Source: Penicillus capitatus
Taxonomy: Eukaryota > Plantae > Chlorophyta
Length of the DNA: 64,000 bases
Assembly: GCA_965649825.1 (NCBI GenBank)
Contig: OZ287704.1
Location: forward strand, 852,301-916,300
Direction: 5' to 3'
Notes under the pieces: generated by a model
Told to the model about the DNA's origin: nothing
The model's input: only the letters and a program-made list of their open reading frames with translations
Database searches by the model: none
Program-made: the position numbers and the translations under genes
Shown: one piece after another, positions 10,167 to 21,959 of the stretch
How the letters are laid out: every line of letters begins with the position of its first letter
How positions within the stretch are numbered: the first letter of the stretch is position 1

Positions 10167-12353
10167 ATGTGCACGTCTCTTTCAAGTTCTGTTCTCCGCA
10201 CTAAACCATCACTTTCCTTCGCAAGTAGACGATCGTTCCGGAGCTTCAGTGAATATGAACGCTCTGAGTGTCGCTTCCGACCTCGCGGCCGCGTATCCAG
10301 ACAGCACGCTTCTACGAGGCAAGATCGAAGCCTTTTCTTTGAGCCTGTTACACGTGTCCGTGCAAATCAGGCGCCTAGTAGACGAACTGAGCGCCGTCGG
10401 AGAAGACACCTCAGTGGCAGATCAGCGACTCAGTCCAGACTTCGGGCAAGGACAATGGATCTAATGAACTTTCTTTTGCTATGTGTGATGGAAAACAGAG
10501 ATCGAGACAACTCATCCTACAAGTACTCTGGAAAGAAGGCCGTTGTCATAGGCGCATCAATGGCAGGTGTGATTGCAGCTGCGTACCTCGCAAAACAGGG
10601 ATTCATCGTCAAGGTCGGCCTGCCACATCTCCAGTGCACCTGTCCATCTTGGTGTGATCTAGGTCTACGATGGAAGCAAGGATCCTCGCGAGAAGGATTA
10701 CTCCCCTGGAAAAGCCATCTTAGTTGGCCTTAAAACAGCGGCTGTTGATGTAGTGAAGGCTGCTGGAGTTCAATTACCGTACGATGGTTACAGAAATGGA
10801 TTGCATCGAACAAAAGGTTTCTCACAGCTCTTCCTGGAAGACTTCTTACTCGTATCCATCAGGGCTAGCGGTTTCGGCACCGAAAGAGTTGGAATTCTTC
10901 CAATCTCCCTCTACTCCTATGTCTTTCGGTTGTCTGGCTGAAGCGAATCAATACACAGAGATCTTTCTCCAGGACGTGAGTGAGAAATGGTCTGACAGCG
11001 TCGAATTCCTCTACAATCATAGATGCACAGTATGCCGTCTGCTCTGATCAGACTCAAATGACGATTGCATGTGGTCAACAGAGCATCGATTTCAAGACGA
11101 AACAGTTGGTCTTTGAAGGAAACGAAGGAAGCAACGTGGAAGAGCAGTACGATCTGTTGATCGCTGCAGATGGCGCCCGATCGTTCGTCAGGCAGAAGCT
11201 GCAGCAGTACGACAGCACCTTTGAAGTCAAGAGCTTCCAACACTATGGAAGCTTCAAAGTCATGCGCGATCTACCATTCCTCGGCGAAGATGGTACGTAA
11301 GCTCATTTTCCTCTTCACTGCGAATGGTTATCGATTTGTATCATTATGTCTTCAGAGGAGGTGATGAAGGGTGTTCGACCAGGATTCGGCACCTTCGTTG
11401 GTAATAGACGGGGGCTGGTCTTCGAGGAGAACGGTCTAGGGCAGAAGGCCTTTGTATCGTTCTTCCGCACGTCCGAGAAAGAGACTGTTCACGCTAGCAT
11501 TGTCTCCAAAACTGAAACCTTTGAAGAGATCAAGGGCAGGGAACGAGATTGGTTGAAGGAAGTTTTGCCATCGTACTTTCCTGAGGTGTCAATTCTTTAG
11601 TAGTCAATCGTATTGCACCGTCACTTCTCCTGTCTTGTCATGCAGGAATGGGTGGATGACCTTAGCCAAAAGATGGCAAAGGTTACGGCAATTCCGGTTC
11701 CCATCGTTAACCAACTCTCTCGTTTCTATGGACCTGCCACTATACTCATCGGCGACGCCGGACACAGCTCCACTCCTGCGATGGCACTGGGGTAACATCG
11801 ACTCTCCAGTTCCGAATGCACAGTCATCCATGTTCCGCAGAGCAAATGCAGCACTGATGGATGCAAAAGTCCTCTATGAAGCCCTGGAGAATGCAGGAGG
11901 AAACGTGGACGCAGTCGGAGAGATCTTCAACGACCTTCGTTGGTCAGACGTGCGCGATCTTCAAGATCTGCAGATCGTACATCAGGCTATCCCAAGAAAG
12001 GATTCTCTCATGCGGTTCTCTGGTTGTAGGCTCTCGAGTTTGAAGCCTTCTCGCTGCCGTTTCCGGAAAACTGGCGAAGCTTCGTCGGATGGGTGCATGT
12101 GAATGTGATTGGAACTTTCCGTCGCTTCTTCCCAACTGGCGGCGTTCAGTCACTCTATGGTCGCGTCGACGCGGGATTTGTGACGCCCACAGAAGGGATA
12201 CAGATTGTAAAACGCGACGCTGTCATCTTTTCAAGTAACTACTCATCTCTCTGCTTCTTGATTCATTGCTTTACCACAGTTGCAAGCATTATTTTGTTGG
12301 CTTTGTTGACTGGGTTCGTTGTGGCCCCTGTGGCGAAGCCCTTTGTTTCCTAA
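10167..12353 (+). CDS. FAD-dependent monooxygenase, paralog 2 (introns 1-2 are GC-AG)
   Basis: GASMAG, DLLIAADG and LIGDAGH motifs. Intron positions and phases match paralog 1. GC-AG introns at 10319-10370 and 10446-10498. TGTAA at 12489-12493. Confidence 0.85.
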
Positions 12354-14094
12354 ACTGAGGTACTTTCTCATTCTTGTTCCTGGAATTCAGTAACAGACTT
12401 TGACGGACTGTGGATCGTTCAAATCTTGTGAATAACTAAAAGAGGAAGCGATCCCTGTTTTGAATAAGAAATCTCTTATGGATTGGGATGTAAACCATCA
12501 CGTCGCACACGAATCCACGAAGTTTCATACTTGAATACGTGGATTTGCACATGGCTTGGCTAAACGACACAATGAGCTCTTTAACGTCAGAAGCGCGTCA
12601 TTAACAGACCTATTCTTGTCCCGCGTTTTCGTCTGTCCATCTCAGTATCATCGAAAGAGATGATAGTTGTTATTTCCGGTTTATTCCTTCGACGAGGTTT
12701 CCCGAGCAGAAGGCGTTGCGTCGAGCTTGCACACGCTCTCTAAATTCCCAAACCTGGAACTTTTTCAACTCAACGATCGTCTGTAGAATATTAGACATGA
12801 ATTACATTTTGAATGACTCCACAGTCGTCCGAAAGACAGTTTTTTCGTCACACACCCTTTGTTCTAGTGGGATGTGAACAGGGGTCAACAACAAACGAGT
12901 TTAACAGAGATCACACATCTGGAAAAGACCATTGATCGCTGTTTCTTTCACCTGAGATGTTGTGGGTCCTTCACACCTCCACTCTGTCTGCATGATCCAC
13001 AACGATGCGAAAACGACGAATGCTCTGCTACACGAAAACAGTCGCGATCGATGCGTATACGTTTGCGAAGACGGACAGCAGCATCTTTAGCGCGGTCCTT
13101 ACATGTGATGTCACCACACTGTGCCACAAGACAAGGACACTATTCACTTATCTCCTACTTTGGCTGAGGGCTATGAAATGGGATCGGACGCAGAACAACG
13201 ACATAGCTCCGAAGAGAAGAGCGAACACTCCAGCGGGGAAACACCTATCCGTTTCCTTGGTTGCGCGAAGCCATGAACACGGTCAGCGCAACAGAGACCT
13301 CTAGGGAGAGCAATGTTCCTGTCTTCCACAGCTTTCCGGCACATAGTAGAGCAGACTGATGTGCGCAGGAAGATAGTGCGCGTCGCCAGAACACACACCG
13401 CCTCCGAGCGAGCCATTCCTGCCTTCGGTTGCAAAGCTGATTTCTCCGCCCGACGCCAGCAGCACCGCAGAGATACGTGAAACAAAACTCATGCATCCTT
13501 TGCTTGCCACTTGGACACCGAATGAACAATGCCTCCGTTTAGGGACGCACGTCACAAGATGCCGTAAACCGACCGTCGAAGTTGTCGTCGGGCAACGATG
13601 TCGCTACCCCTGGATCTCTTCATCAGTGGACGTCGATCTGCTGCGAGATTCGCACCGAGGAGCTCGGTAGAGGCATTTCAGACAGATCTCTCGAGCAGGG
13701 ACAGACCACACGGTTTGCAGAGGTCTCTCTTCGAGGAGTCATCGCGGTGTTGCCTTCGGAAGTCCTGAACGCTCAACACTTCCGTCGCCGTAAGCTCGGG
13801 CGCCGTCTTGACGTTCTTTCCCTTCATTCGCCGATCTCACCGCAATCATTTCGCCGTACTGCGCTGAGGGGGGAAACGTCCGTGTTCCCGAAGGATTTTG
13901 GCAGTTCCCGAGAAGCAGGATGCAAACATATTCAGCTCAGGAGGTGAGATTCCCCCAGGCTCACGAGGATGGTCCACTCTGCATCGTCTTCGGGGATGTT
14001 GTTTGATTCTCACTTCTGGTCTCTAACGTACGGACAAAGGGCGAAGGTCGCCTTGTAGACGCGGCACTGCCGAGATCTTCTTCCCATGGCGCAC

Positions 14095-15150
14095 GCCACC
14101 TCGCATTCACGGCGAGGCAGCAGATAAGGCGACCGCCGTCTCGCATCCACGGCGAGGCAGCAAGCAGGTCCACCGCGGCCTCCAGTTGTCTTCAAGATAA
14201 GGCGGCAGGTATGGCGGTCGCCGCCTCGCATCCACGGCGAGGCAGCAAGCAGGGCGATTAAGATTCCAGTCATCGAGGCCACATGTAAGGTTGATCGGTT
14301 GGCATGGCAACAGGTACAACGATTGCCGCCTCCAGACGGCAATGTGGCAGGTAGGACGATTGCCACCTTTAATGATCTCTGAGGCGGCAAGTAGGACGAC
14401 TGTGGCCTCCAGGCAGCAGGGCAGTGGGTACAAAGACTGCGGCCCTCATCCATATCATGGCAGCAGGAATGACTAAAAAAGCCTCTAATCATGAAATGGT
14501 AAGTAGGACATGTCATCCCCTAGACAGGAAGAAAACAGGTAGGATAGCAACAGCCTCTCGGCAGCAAGACAACAAGTAATAGATGGCAGCCTTCATCCAC
14601 AGCAAAACAAAGAGTACGACACTCCAGACGCCAGGCAAGCAAAACTGCAAATGCGATACGACAGCTTGAAAACAAACGGTAGCTAGGACATAATAGCCTC
14701 CAGGCAGCAACACAGTGAGTCGGAAACGGGAGCCTGCAGGTAGTGAAACATCAGGTTAGGACATGGCATCTTCAAGCAGCGAGACAGCATGTGGGATCCT
14801 CCGATAAGCTAAACAGGTGATAGGACACTGCGGCTTCTGAACAGCAATTCAGTTAGTCGGACACTCCAGCTTCCGGGCATCAAAACGCCAAATCAGACGT
14901 AGTAGCCCCCAGGCGGCAAAATGGCAGATCGGACATGGCACCTCTCGGCAGCAAGGCAGCAGATAGACAGATTCGGCAGCCTCCGGGCAGTAAACGGCAA
15001 GTTAGAACCTTCTTGCCTCCGGATATCAGAAATGGCAAGTAGATCGAGGCCAGTAGCCATCATTGGTAAAACAGTAAATAGGACATTCAGCCTCCGGAAT
15101 AGCAAAACACCAGATCAGGAAACGATACCCTCCATGTGCCAAACAGTGTA
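14095..15150. repeat. Degenerate ~30-33 bp tandem repeat array
   Basis: Many units resemble GGCAGGTAGGACAnnGCnGCCTCCnGGCAGCAA, e.g. GCTAGGACATAATAGCCTCCAGGCAGCAA and ATAGGACATTCAGCCTCCGGAATAGCAA. A near-exact 29-mer CTCGCATCCACGGCGAGGCAGCAAGCAGG lies at ~14141 and ~14225. Confidence 0.75.
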
Positions 15151-15310
15151 TGAGGTTCTTACATCTACCATGTGAAAACAGCTAACACACAGCCATCCAC
15201 AACAAAGCGAAGGTAGAATGGCACAAACAGCAGAAAAGAAAACAGCCCCTAGGTCTTTTTGTTTTTTTAATTCTTCTGCCCACAAAGAAAACAGCTCCCA
15301 AAAAAGGCCT

Positions 15311-16393
15311 TCAGACAGACCAATCTTCAACAAAGACCTACACAAAGGCATATTAAAAGAGAGAAAGGAACAAAGAGTGACTTACACATTCGCCCGATAG
15401 GAAGAAAAGGCGCTCTGGGATAGCAGGGCCCACGGGCACACAATTGCCAGACAGGAAATATGGTCGCGGTGGAATGCCAGGATACCTAACGGAAAAGATG
15501 AAGGGACGCGGGGGGATTGGAGGTGAACAGGGTAGGGAAAATAGGGAGGTGCGAGTAGGAAAGGGTGGTGGGCAAAACGGAAGCAAAAACTTAAATGGGC
15601 GTGAGGGGATGACGAGGGGCGGGGAAGCTGGGATGCAGAATACTTGTGGGCGAGGGGGAAAGAGCGGATGCTGAATGGGCTGCATGGAGGGAGGGGACAT
15701 TGTAACTGCCGGCTGCGGAGACGGACAGGAAGACCACTACATAGAGGCCGGAAATAGGCACCGCTGAGTGGCTGGAGGTGGGTACGCCGTCTGGGTGGCC
15801 GGAGGCTGACATGAAGACCACTCCATGGTGGCAGGGCACGGCGGCTGGAAGGCTGCACGAGGTGGCGATGCAGGCCGCGCAGGTGGCGGAGGAGCAGCAA
15901 GCTAGCCCTGTTAGGCCAGCCGCGCTCTCCTGTCCTCAGAAGAGAGGACCCTCGCGCGCCGCACGGGCCGAGCCTGTGCGGTTTGGTCCCTATTGGGACC
16001 AAACCGGACAGGAGCGGTCTGCTCTTCGAGCACATGCTGACCCGTGAGAGCAGTTGTTTGGGCCTTCAAGGTCCAAAACAACTCCTCCCTCTCGGCCCTC
16101 TGCATTCCCTCGAAGGCCCTAGGGGGTCGACGGCCCAGAACCTCCGCGAGAGTCACCTGGGCAAACCTAGAAGACACACAAAGGTAAGAGATCTGTCGAA
16201 GAACAGTGCTGTCGCGCGTTTTTGTAAGCACGTGACCGCATGCCTTCGGATTGCGGCGCTAGACGCATGCATGTGCACAGCAAGCGTCCAGCGCCGCAGT
16301 CGAGGTGCTCCGATGCGCGCGAAGCGTCGACAGGGCTTACGGCTTTCCAGGGTAGCCGTAATCGTCCTCGGTTGTCATTCGCTCGTCCGCCAT
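15311..16393 (-). pseudogene. Four-exon proline-rich gene of unknown family, copy 2 (one in-frame TAG at 15737-15739)
   Basis: ATG 16393. Introns 16340-16167 (donor GTAAGCC, phase 2), 15949-15902 (CTAAC branch, phase 0) and 15385-15338 (phase 0). Shares MxxxxRExLxxxLxA, FPPRPxVF and a Cys-GTAAG exon-3 end with copy 1. The TAG aligns to GAG in an internal repeat (ATMEWSSC vs ASM*WSSC). Confidence 0.55.
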
Positions 16394-18041
16394 CGTCGTC
16401 GAAGTAGATCGCCGAAAACAAAGCGCAAGAACTTAGAAAACAACAGCAGAAACCCGAAACTCGAGTGCGGAAGGCTCTGCGACAGGACCTTTTTTAGGCC
16501 GCCTCGGTTGCTGAGCGCGGCCTGCGGGTGGCGGCTGCGAACTGTAGCCGTTTGGCGCCGCCTGCATGCGCCGACGGACAAAGAAACGGCCGCCAGACGT
16601 CCAGAACGCAGAATGCTGTCGTCGAGATGCGCAACGCGAACGGGAGAGCGCTTCTGGATACTTTGCAAGGTGTTTTACAGGGAAAATTGTTTACAGTTTG
16701 TCGGCATGCTCCTCTGTAAGTGTAACTCGCATGCGTTTTCCGCAGCTTTTTTGATGCCATCTCAGAACGGCGAACCGTCAGAAGTCAGCTCCGCGTTACC
16801 TGAGCAGAGGAACGAAGCGGGCGTTTTCTTTCACGGAAGCGGCACGCGCTCTTCGTCGAGGCGGCCGTCTCTTGCGGACGTTTCCGTCGCAAACGCCGTC
16901 GAGAAATCTTCCTGTGCGGTGTAACGCCAGTCGGTTCAAGAAGTTGTCGTTGGTCCTAACTCCTTTGAACATGGAGGGTGTAACAGAACGACCGGTCTTC
17001 TGCGACAACCAAACAGTCACGAGAGCAAGGTAGGTTTCAGTTCGCGTTCACGCAAGACGTCGAGTGTTTTGGAAGTCGCCAGGTCGCTCCGGCAAACGAA
17101 GTTCTATCGCGTTTTACATCAGACTTGCAGACTTGTCTGTCTGTGTAGCCAATGACGACTTCTTCTGATCAAAAGCACTAGAAATCGGCGGAGTCTTGAA
17201 AAGAGTGTTTCTAGATACGTGGATCTCTCTGTGGTGCTGCAGCAAGCGAGTGGTATCGAATGCAAGCCGGATGCCAGACAGTTTGGACGATTACGATCGA
17301 CTGACGACTGTATGCAGGTGAAGCAGTCAGAGGTCTTTCTCTGGCCGAAAGGAGGTGTGCGGTGACGCTAAAATAGGCAGATAAAGTCTGTTCTCGACTG
17401 CAGTCGGTGTTGCAGTTCTCGTACCGGCAGCCGTTTTCAGGAAGATTCTATGGCATCTTGCATGTGCTGTCCTCTTCTGGACGCGATCGCCTCAAGCGCG
17501 GATGCGTTAGTTCAACGAGACAGTGAGGCACTAGATATAAGGAGTATTGCCATTAAATCGCGTTTGCTTCACGGGGTCAGTGTTCGAAAACTCAAAAACA
17601 CGTGTTAGAACAACGACGGAGTTTCAGTGTTCGTGTAGCCAGATAGAAGGTTCATCCTTAGGACGAATGGCCAACGTTCACATGCATGATACAGGTACCG
17701 CAATAATCTATGTGGGGGACAATTCGTTGGGGACGCTTTGGGTTTACCTGCCTATTGACTCGTTTAAGGTATCATGCTAGCAAACTTGTTAGAATCTTTC
17801 AGTGCTGAAACGCTCAACACATCTCTTTCACTCTGGTGTCGTGGGTACACAACAGCTGTTTTCTCGTATTCCTTAACCCTCTGTTCGGTTTTTGTGGGCA
17901 GTCTCTCCGTTGTATTTTCGTAAGCCCGTTTGCCTGCAATAGTCAGATCTTCTAACTGTCACGCGTACTCTCGTCGCGACGTGTACCAACCATTACAATT
18001 AACTTGACGTTTTCTTGAGAACAGTCGCAGTTCGCGGCACC

Positions 18042-20215
18042 ATGTGCACGTCTCTTTCAAGTTCTGTTCTCCGCACTAAACCATCACTTTCCTTCGCAAA
18101 GAGACGATCGTTCCGGAGCTTCAGTGAAGATGAACGCTCTGGATGGCGCTTCCGACCTCGCGGCCGCGTATCCAGACAGCACGCTTCTACGAGGCAAGAT
18201 CGAAGCCTTTTCTTTGAGCCTGTTACACGTGTCCGTGCAAATCAGGCGCCTAGTAGACGAACTGAGCGCCGTCGGAGAAGACACCTCAGCGGCAGATCAG
18301 CGACTCAGTCCAGACTTCGGGCAAGGACAATGGATCTAATGAACTTTCTTTTGCTATGTGTGATGGAGAACAGAGATCGAGACAACTCATCCTACAAGTA
18401 CTCTGGAAAGAAGGCCGTTGTCATAGGCGCATCAATGGCAGGTGTGATTGCAGCTGCGTACCTCGCAAAACAGGGATTCACCGTCAAGGTCGGCCAGCCA
18501 CATCTCCAGTGCACCTGTCCATTTTTGAGTGATCTAGGTCTACGAGGGACGCGGAGAACCCAAAGAAAAGGATTATTTTCGCAAAAATGCCCCCACAGTC
18601 CGTATATTACCGGATGCTGTCGCTACGGTGAAAGATGTCGGAGTTCATCTGCCATACGATGGTTACAGAAATGGAGTGCACAGTTTGAACGGTCAATGAA
18701 CCGCGTACTAGATCGGGGTCAAAACCAGCTGGTTGTTAGGTGGTGCTTCTTTTGTGGCAGGGAAGCTGGAGTATCGAAAACCTCTCAAAAACCCTTCTTC
18801 CTTTTCGTGTGTCGGCGAAGCGAATCAATACGCAAAGATCTTTGAGGAAGACGTGAAAAAGAAATGGTCTGACAGTGTCGAATTCCTCTACAATCATAGA
18901 TGCACAGTATGCCGTCTGCTCTGATCAGACTTAATGACGATTGCATGTGGTCGACAGAGCATCGATTTCGAGACGAAACAGTTAGTCTTTGAAGGAAACG
19001 AAGGAAGCAACGTGGAAGAGCAGTACGATCTGTTGATCGCTGCAGATGGCGCCCGATCGTTCGTCAGGCAGAAGCTGCAGCAGTACGACAGCACCTTTGA
19101 AGTCAAGAGCTTCCAACACTATGGAAGCTTCAAAGTCATGCGCGATCTACCATTCCTCGGCGAAGATGGTAAGCTCATTTTTCTCTTCACTGCGAATGGT
19201 TATCGATTTGTATCATTATGTCTTCAGAGGAGGTGATGAAGGGTGTTCGACCAGGGTTCGTCATGTTCTTTACCGCCAGAAAGGGACTGGTCTTTGATGA
19301 CAGCGGGCCTGGACAGGCCGTTTTAACATTCTTTCGCACGTCCGAGAAAGAGACTGTTCACGTCAACATTCTGGCCAAAACTAAAACCTTTGAAGAGATC
19401 AAGGGCAGGGAACGAGATTGGCTGAATGATGTCTTGCCCTCATACTTTCCTGAGGTGTCAACACATAAGAAGCCATGTAATGCCGTCTTTCTTATCTTGT
19501 CTTGTCTTGCAGCAATGGGCTGAAGACATTAGCCAGAAGATAGGAGAGGTTGCGGCAATTCCTATTCCTGCCATCAACGAACTCTCTCGGCTCTATGGAC
19601 CGGCCACCATACTCATCGGAGACGCTGGACACAGCGTGACCCCAGCTCTGGGAATGGGGTAACATCGACTTTTCTTTCAACCGTCGAGCCGCTTATCATA
19701 GAGCGAACATGGCTCTGATGGATGCAAAATTCCTCTATAAAGCCCTGAATAAAGCAGGAGGGAACGTGGACGCAGTCGGAGAGATTTTCAATGATCTTCG
19801 TTGGACAGACGTGCGCAGTCTTCAAGATCTGCAGATCGTGAATCAGGCTATCCCGAGAACGGATTCTTGCAAACGGTTCTCTGGTTGTAGGCTCTCGAGT
19901 TTGAAGCCTTCTCGCTGCCGTTTCCCGAAAACTGGAGAAGCTTCGTTGGATGGGTGCATGTGAATGTGATTGGAAGTTTGCGCCGCATCTTCCCCGCTCT
20001 AATCACCCCAGAACTGTATAGTCGCGTCGACGCGGGATCGATAACGTCGAGAAAGGCGCTTCAGATTGTAAAACGCGACGCTGTCATCTTTTCAGGTAAC
20101 CACTCTTATCTCTGCTGCTTTAATTCAATGCTTTACCATAGTTGCAACCATTATACTGGTAGCTTTGCTAACTGGGTACGTTTTTGTTCCTACACTGAAG
20201 CCTTTCATCTCTTGA
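18042..20215 (+). CDS. FAD-dependent monooxygenase, paralog 3 (recent duplicate of paralog 2)
   Basis: Homology to paralog 2 starts at ACCATTACAATTAACTTG (~17990 vs ~10115, offset 7875). Same motifs and intron set, with GC-AG introns 18194-18245 and 18321-18373. Frame intact. Confidence 0.85.
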
Positions 20216-20556
20216 GCTCGATTGTTTTTCCTTCTCTCCCCCGCACTTTAGTTACACAGTTTACTCATTTGGCGTCTTTCGCAAACAAGTGACGTACTTT
20301 TCAAGAGACCTTATAGCCGAGAGACTTGTTTTGAACAACGGAAGCCTTCTCCAAGTCTGCAAATAACCATCTAGCAGTTTGCAATGGATTTTTAATCTGT
20401 ATTCTTCGAGATAGGTGTGGGTGTCGCTGCTTCTCTCGCAGTATACAAAGGTCGCTTGACGTGACAGATAGCACATTGACAGCAGTTGACAGCATTCTCG
20501 ACTTGCCACGTCAATGGTCGCCGTTCTGTTTTCTATTGCGATTTTCGGATAGGACG

Positions 20557-21337
20557 ATGTCGATCTGCAGAGATTTCTCCATAGCGTATGCACAGTGGTG
20601 TCGGCACCTCGGTATCGAACACGAGGTAATAAATTACGGATCGATCTTCGCGAGGCTTCTGCACTTCCAGGATGCTCTGCCCTTCTTCAATGGTCGACAA
20701 TTACAGTTAGAAGAGCTGTGGACGGCTGTCCAACATTTTGGCGGATCACGCCGCGTGTCCGAAGGACGTTTATGGGCCACTGTCGGTCGGCGTTTCGATC
20801 CACCGCCGACAATGACGAACTTCTCGTACAGAATCAAGCAACTCTATGCAGAATACCTACTCGAATTCGAACGGGTATGTTCATTTCAAAAAGGACGCAA
20901 GCTAAGAATGCCAAGAATCTCGGCGCAGAGCCTCGATCCTTTGTGCGCGATGCTGTCGCCGTCGGATATGACGCAATGCCGACGATTCCACTTGCGGGCA
21001 GGCGATGAACAAGACAGGCTGCCGGACTGTCTCTTGTCGAGCCGACCAGCAGGATCATGGTATGGCTCTCTCGTATCTTCACTACCTTTCTAACCTCGAT
21101 TTCCAAAGGAATCTTCCGGTGACGCGTATTATCAGCGGAACTTTCATTCCTGTGGACGACGCTCGCTCAGGCGTAGACTCGCCAGTGACAAGTAGCGCCA
21201 GAGATAGTGCCTTAAATGATTGCGATGCACTACTCTTATCGCTCGAAGTGACAGCTCAGCGAGCAAAGGACATGCTCGAAGCTTATGACACTTCATTTCA
21301 AGAAATACTATCGGAGATGTCCGATGCGGAACTATAA
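20557..21337 (+). CDS. Small ARID/BRIGHT-domain protein
   Basis: PFFNGRQLQLEELWTAVQHFGGSRRVSEGRLWATVGRRFDPPPTMTNFSYRIKQLYAEYLLEFE is a textbook ARID domain. Exon limits outside the domain are uncertain. Confidence 0.75.
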
Positions 21338-21959
21338 GCTCCCGAGCGTCTTGCTGGCTGTCTGACAATTGCTGTTGACAGAACTCGCCTGTGCCTTTTT
21401 AATGGAAACGCAGACCTCGTCCGTCAAGATTCAACTCTGTGTGCCACTTCTCTAATCATCAAATGATGACCTCCTCCTGCTGTCTTGTTTTCGATCCATT
21501 GTTTGACGAGTGTAAGCACGAACGGAGAATTTTCCCGCACATAACACTCAATTGTTTAACCAAAGGTGAACAGACTTGACGGGCGCCTGGCTCCACAACA
21601 TCAGTTCGTCGATGCTTGTGTCGCCGGAGAAACTGTTTAGTTCATTACGTACGTCTGAAATGTCACGTCAGCCTTCTTCTTGGACCTCGTGCTTGGTCGC
21701 GTCGATAGTGACAGCACAACACGACTGGAAATCGTCCGCACGCGCTCAGCAGATTTCCACTTTTTTAAATTGGAAACTTAACAAACGTTTCATGACACTC
21801 TCGTCTGACATCCATCTGGCCACCGCAGCATCATTGTGTGCATCAACAAGACATCATTGTTGATTCTTGCCTCAGATGAATCGTCCAAACAACAAAGTAG
21901 AGAACTAGTGCCAAATGGAGTAGTAGAAAGCATCAAAAAACAATATCAAATACAGGATT

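Noticed and set aside
15902-15913. Two apparent nonsense codons (TAA, TAG) in proline-rich copy 2
   Set aside because: They are the CTAAC branch point and the 3' AG of a 48-nt phase-0 intron (15949-15902), equivalent to intron 2 of copy 1.
15983-16924. Long ORFs 15983-16924, 1936-2565 and 47345-47959 as independent genes
   Set aside because: No recognisable motifs. The first is antisense to a better-supported spliced model and the second is in very GC-rich sequence where long open frames arise by chance; none has other support.
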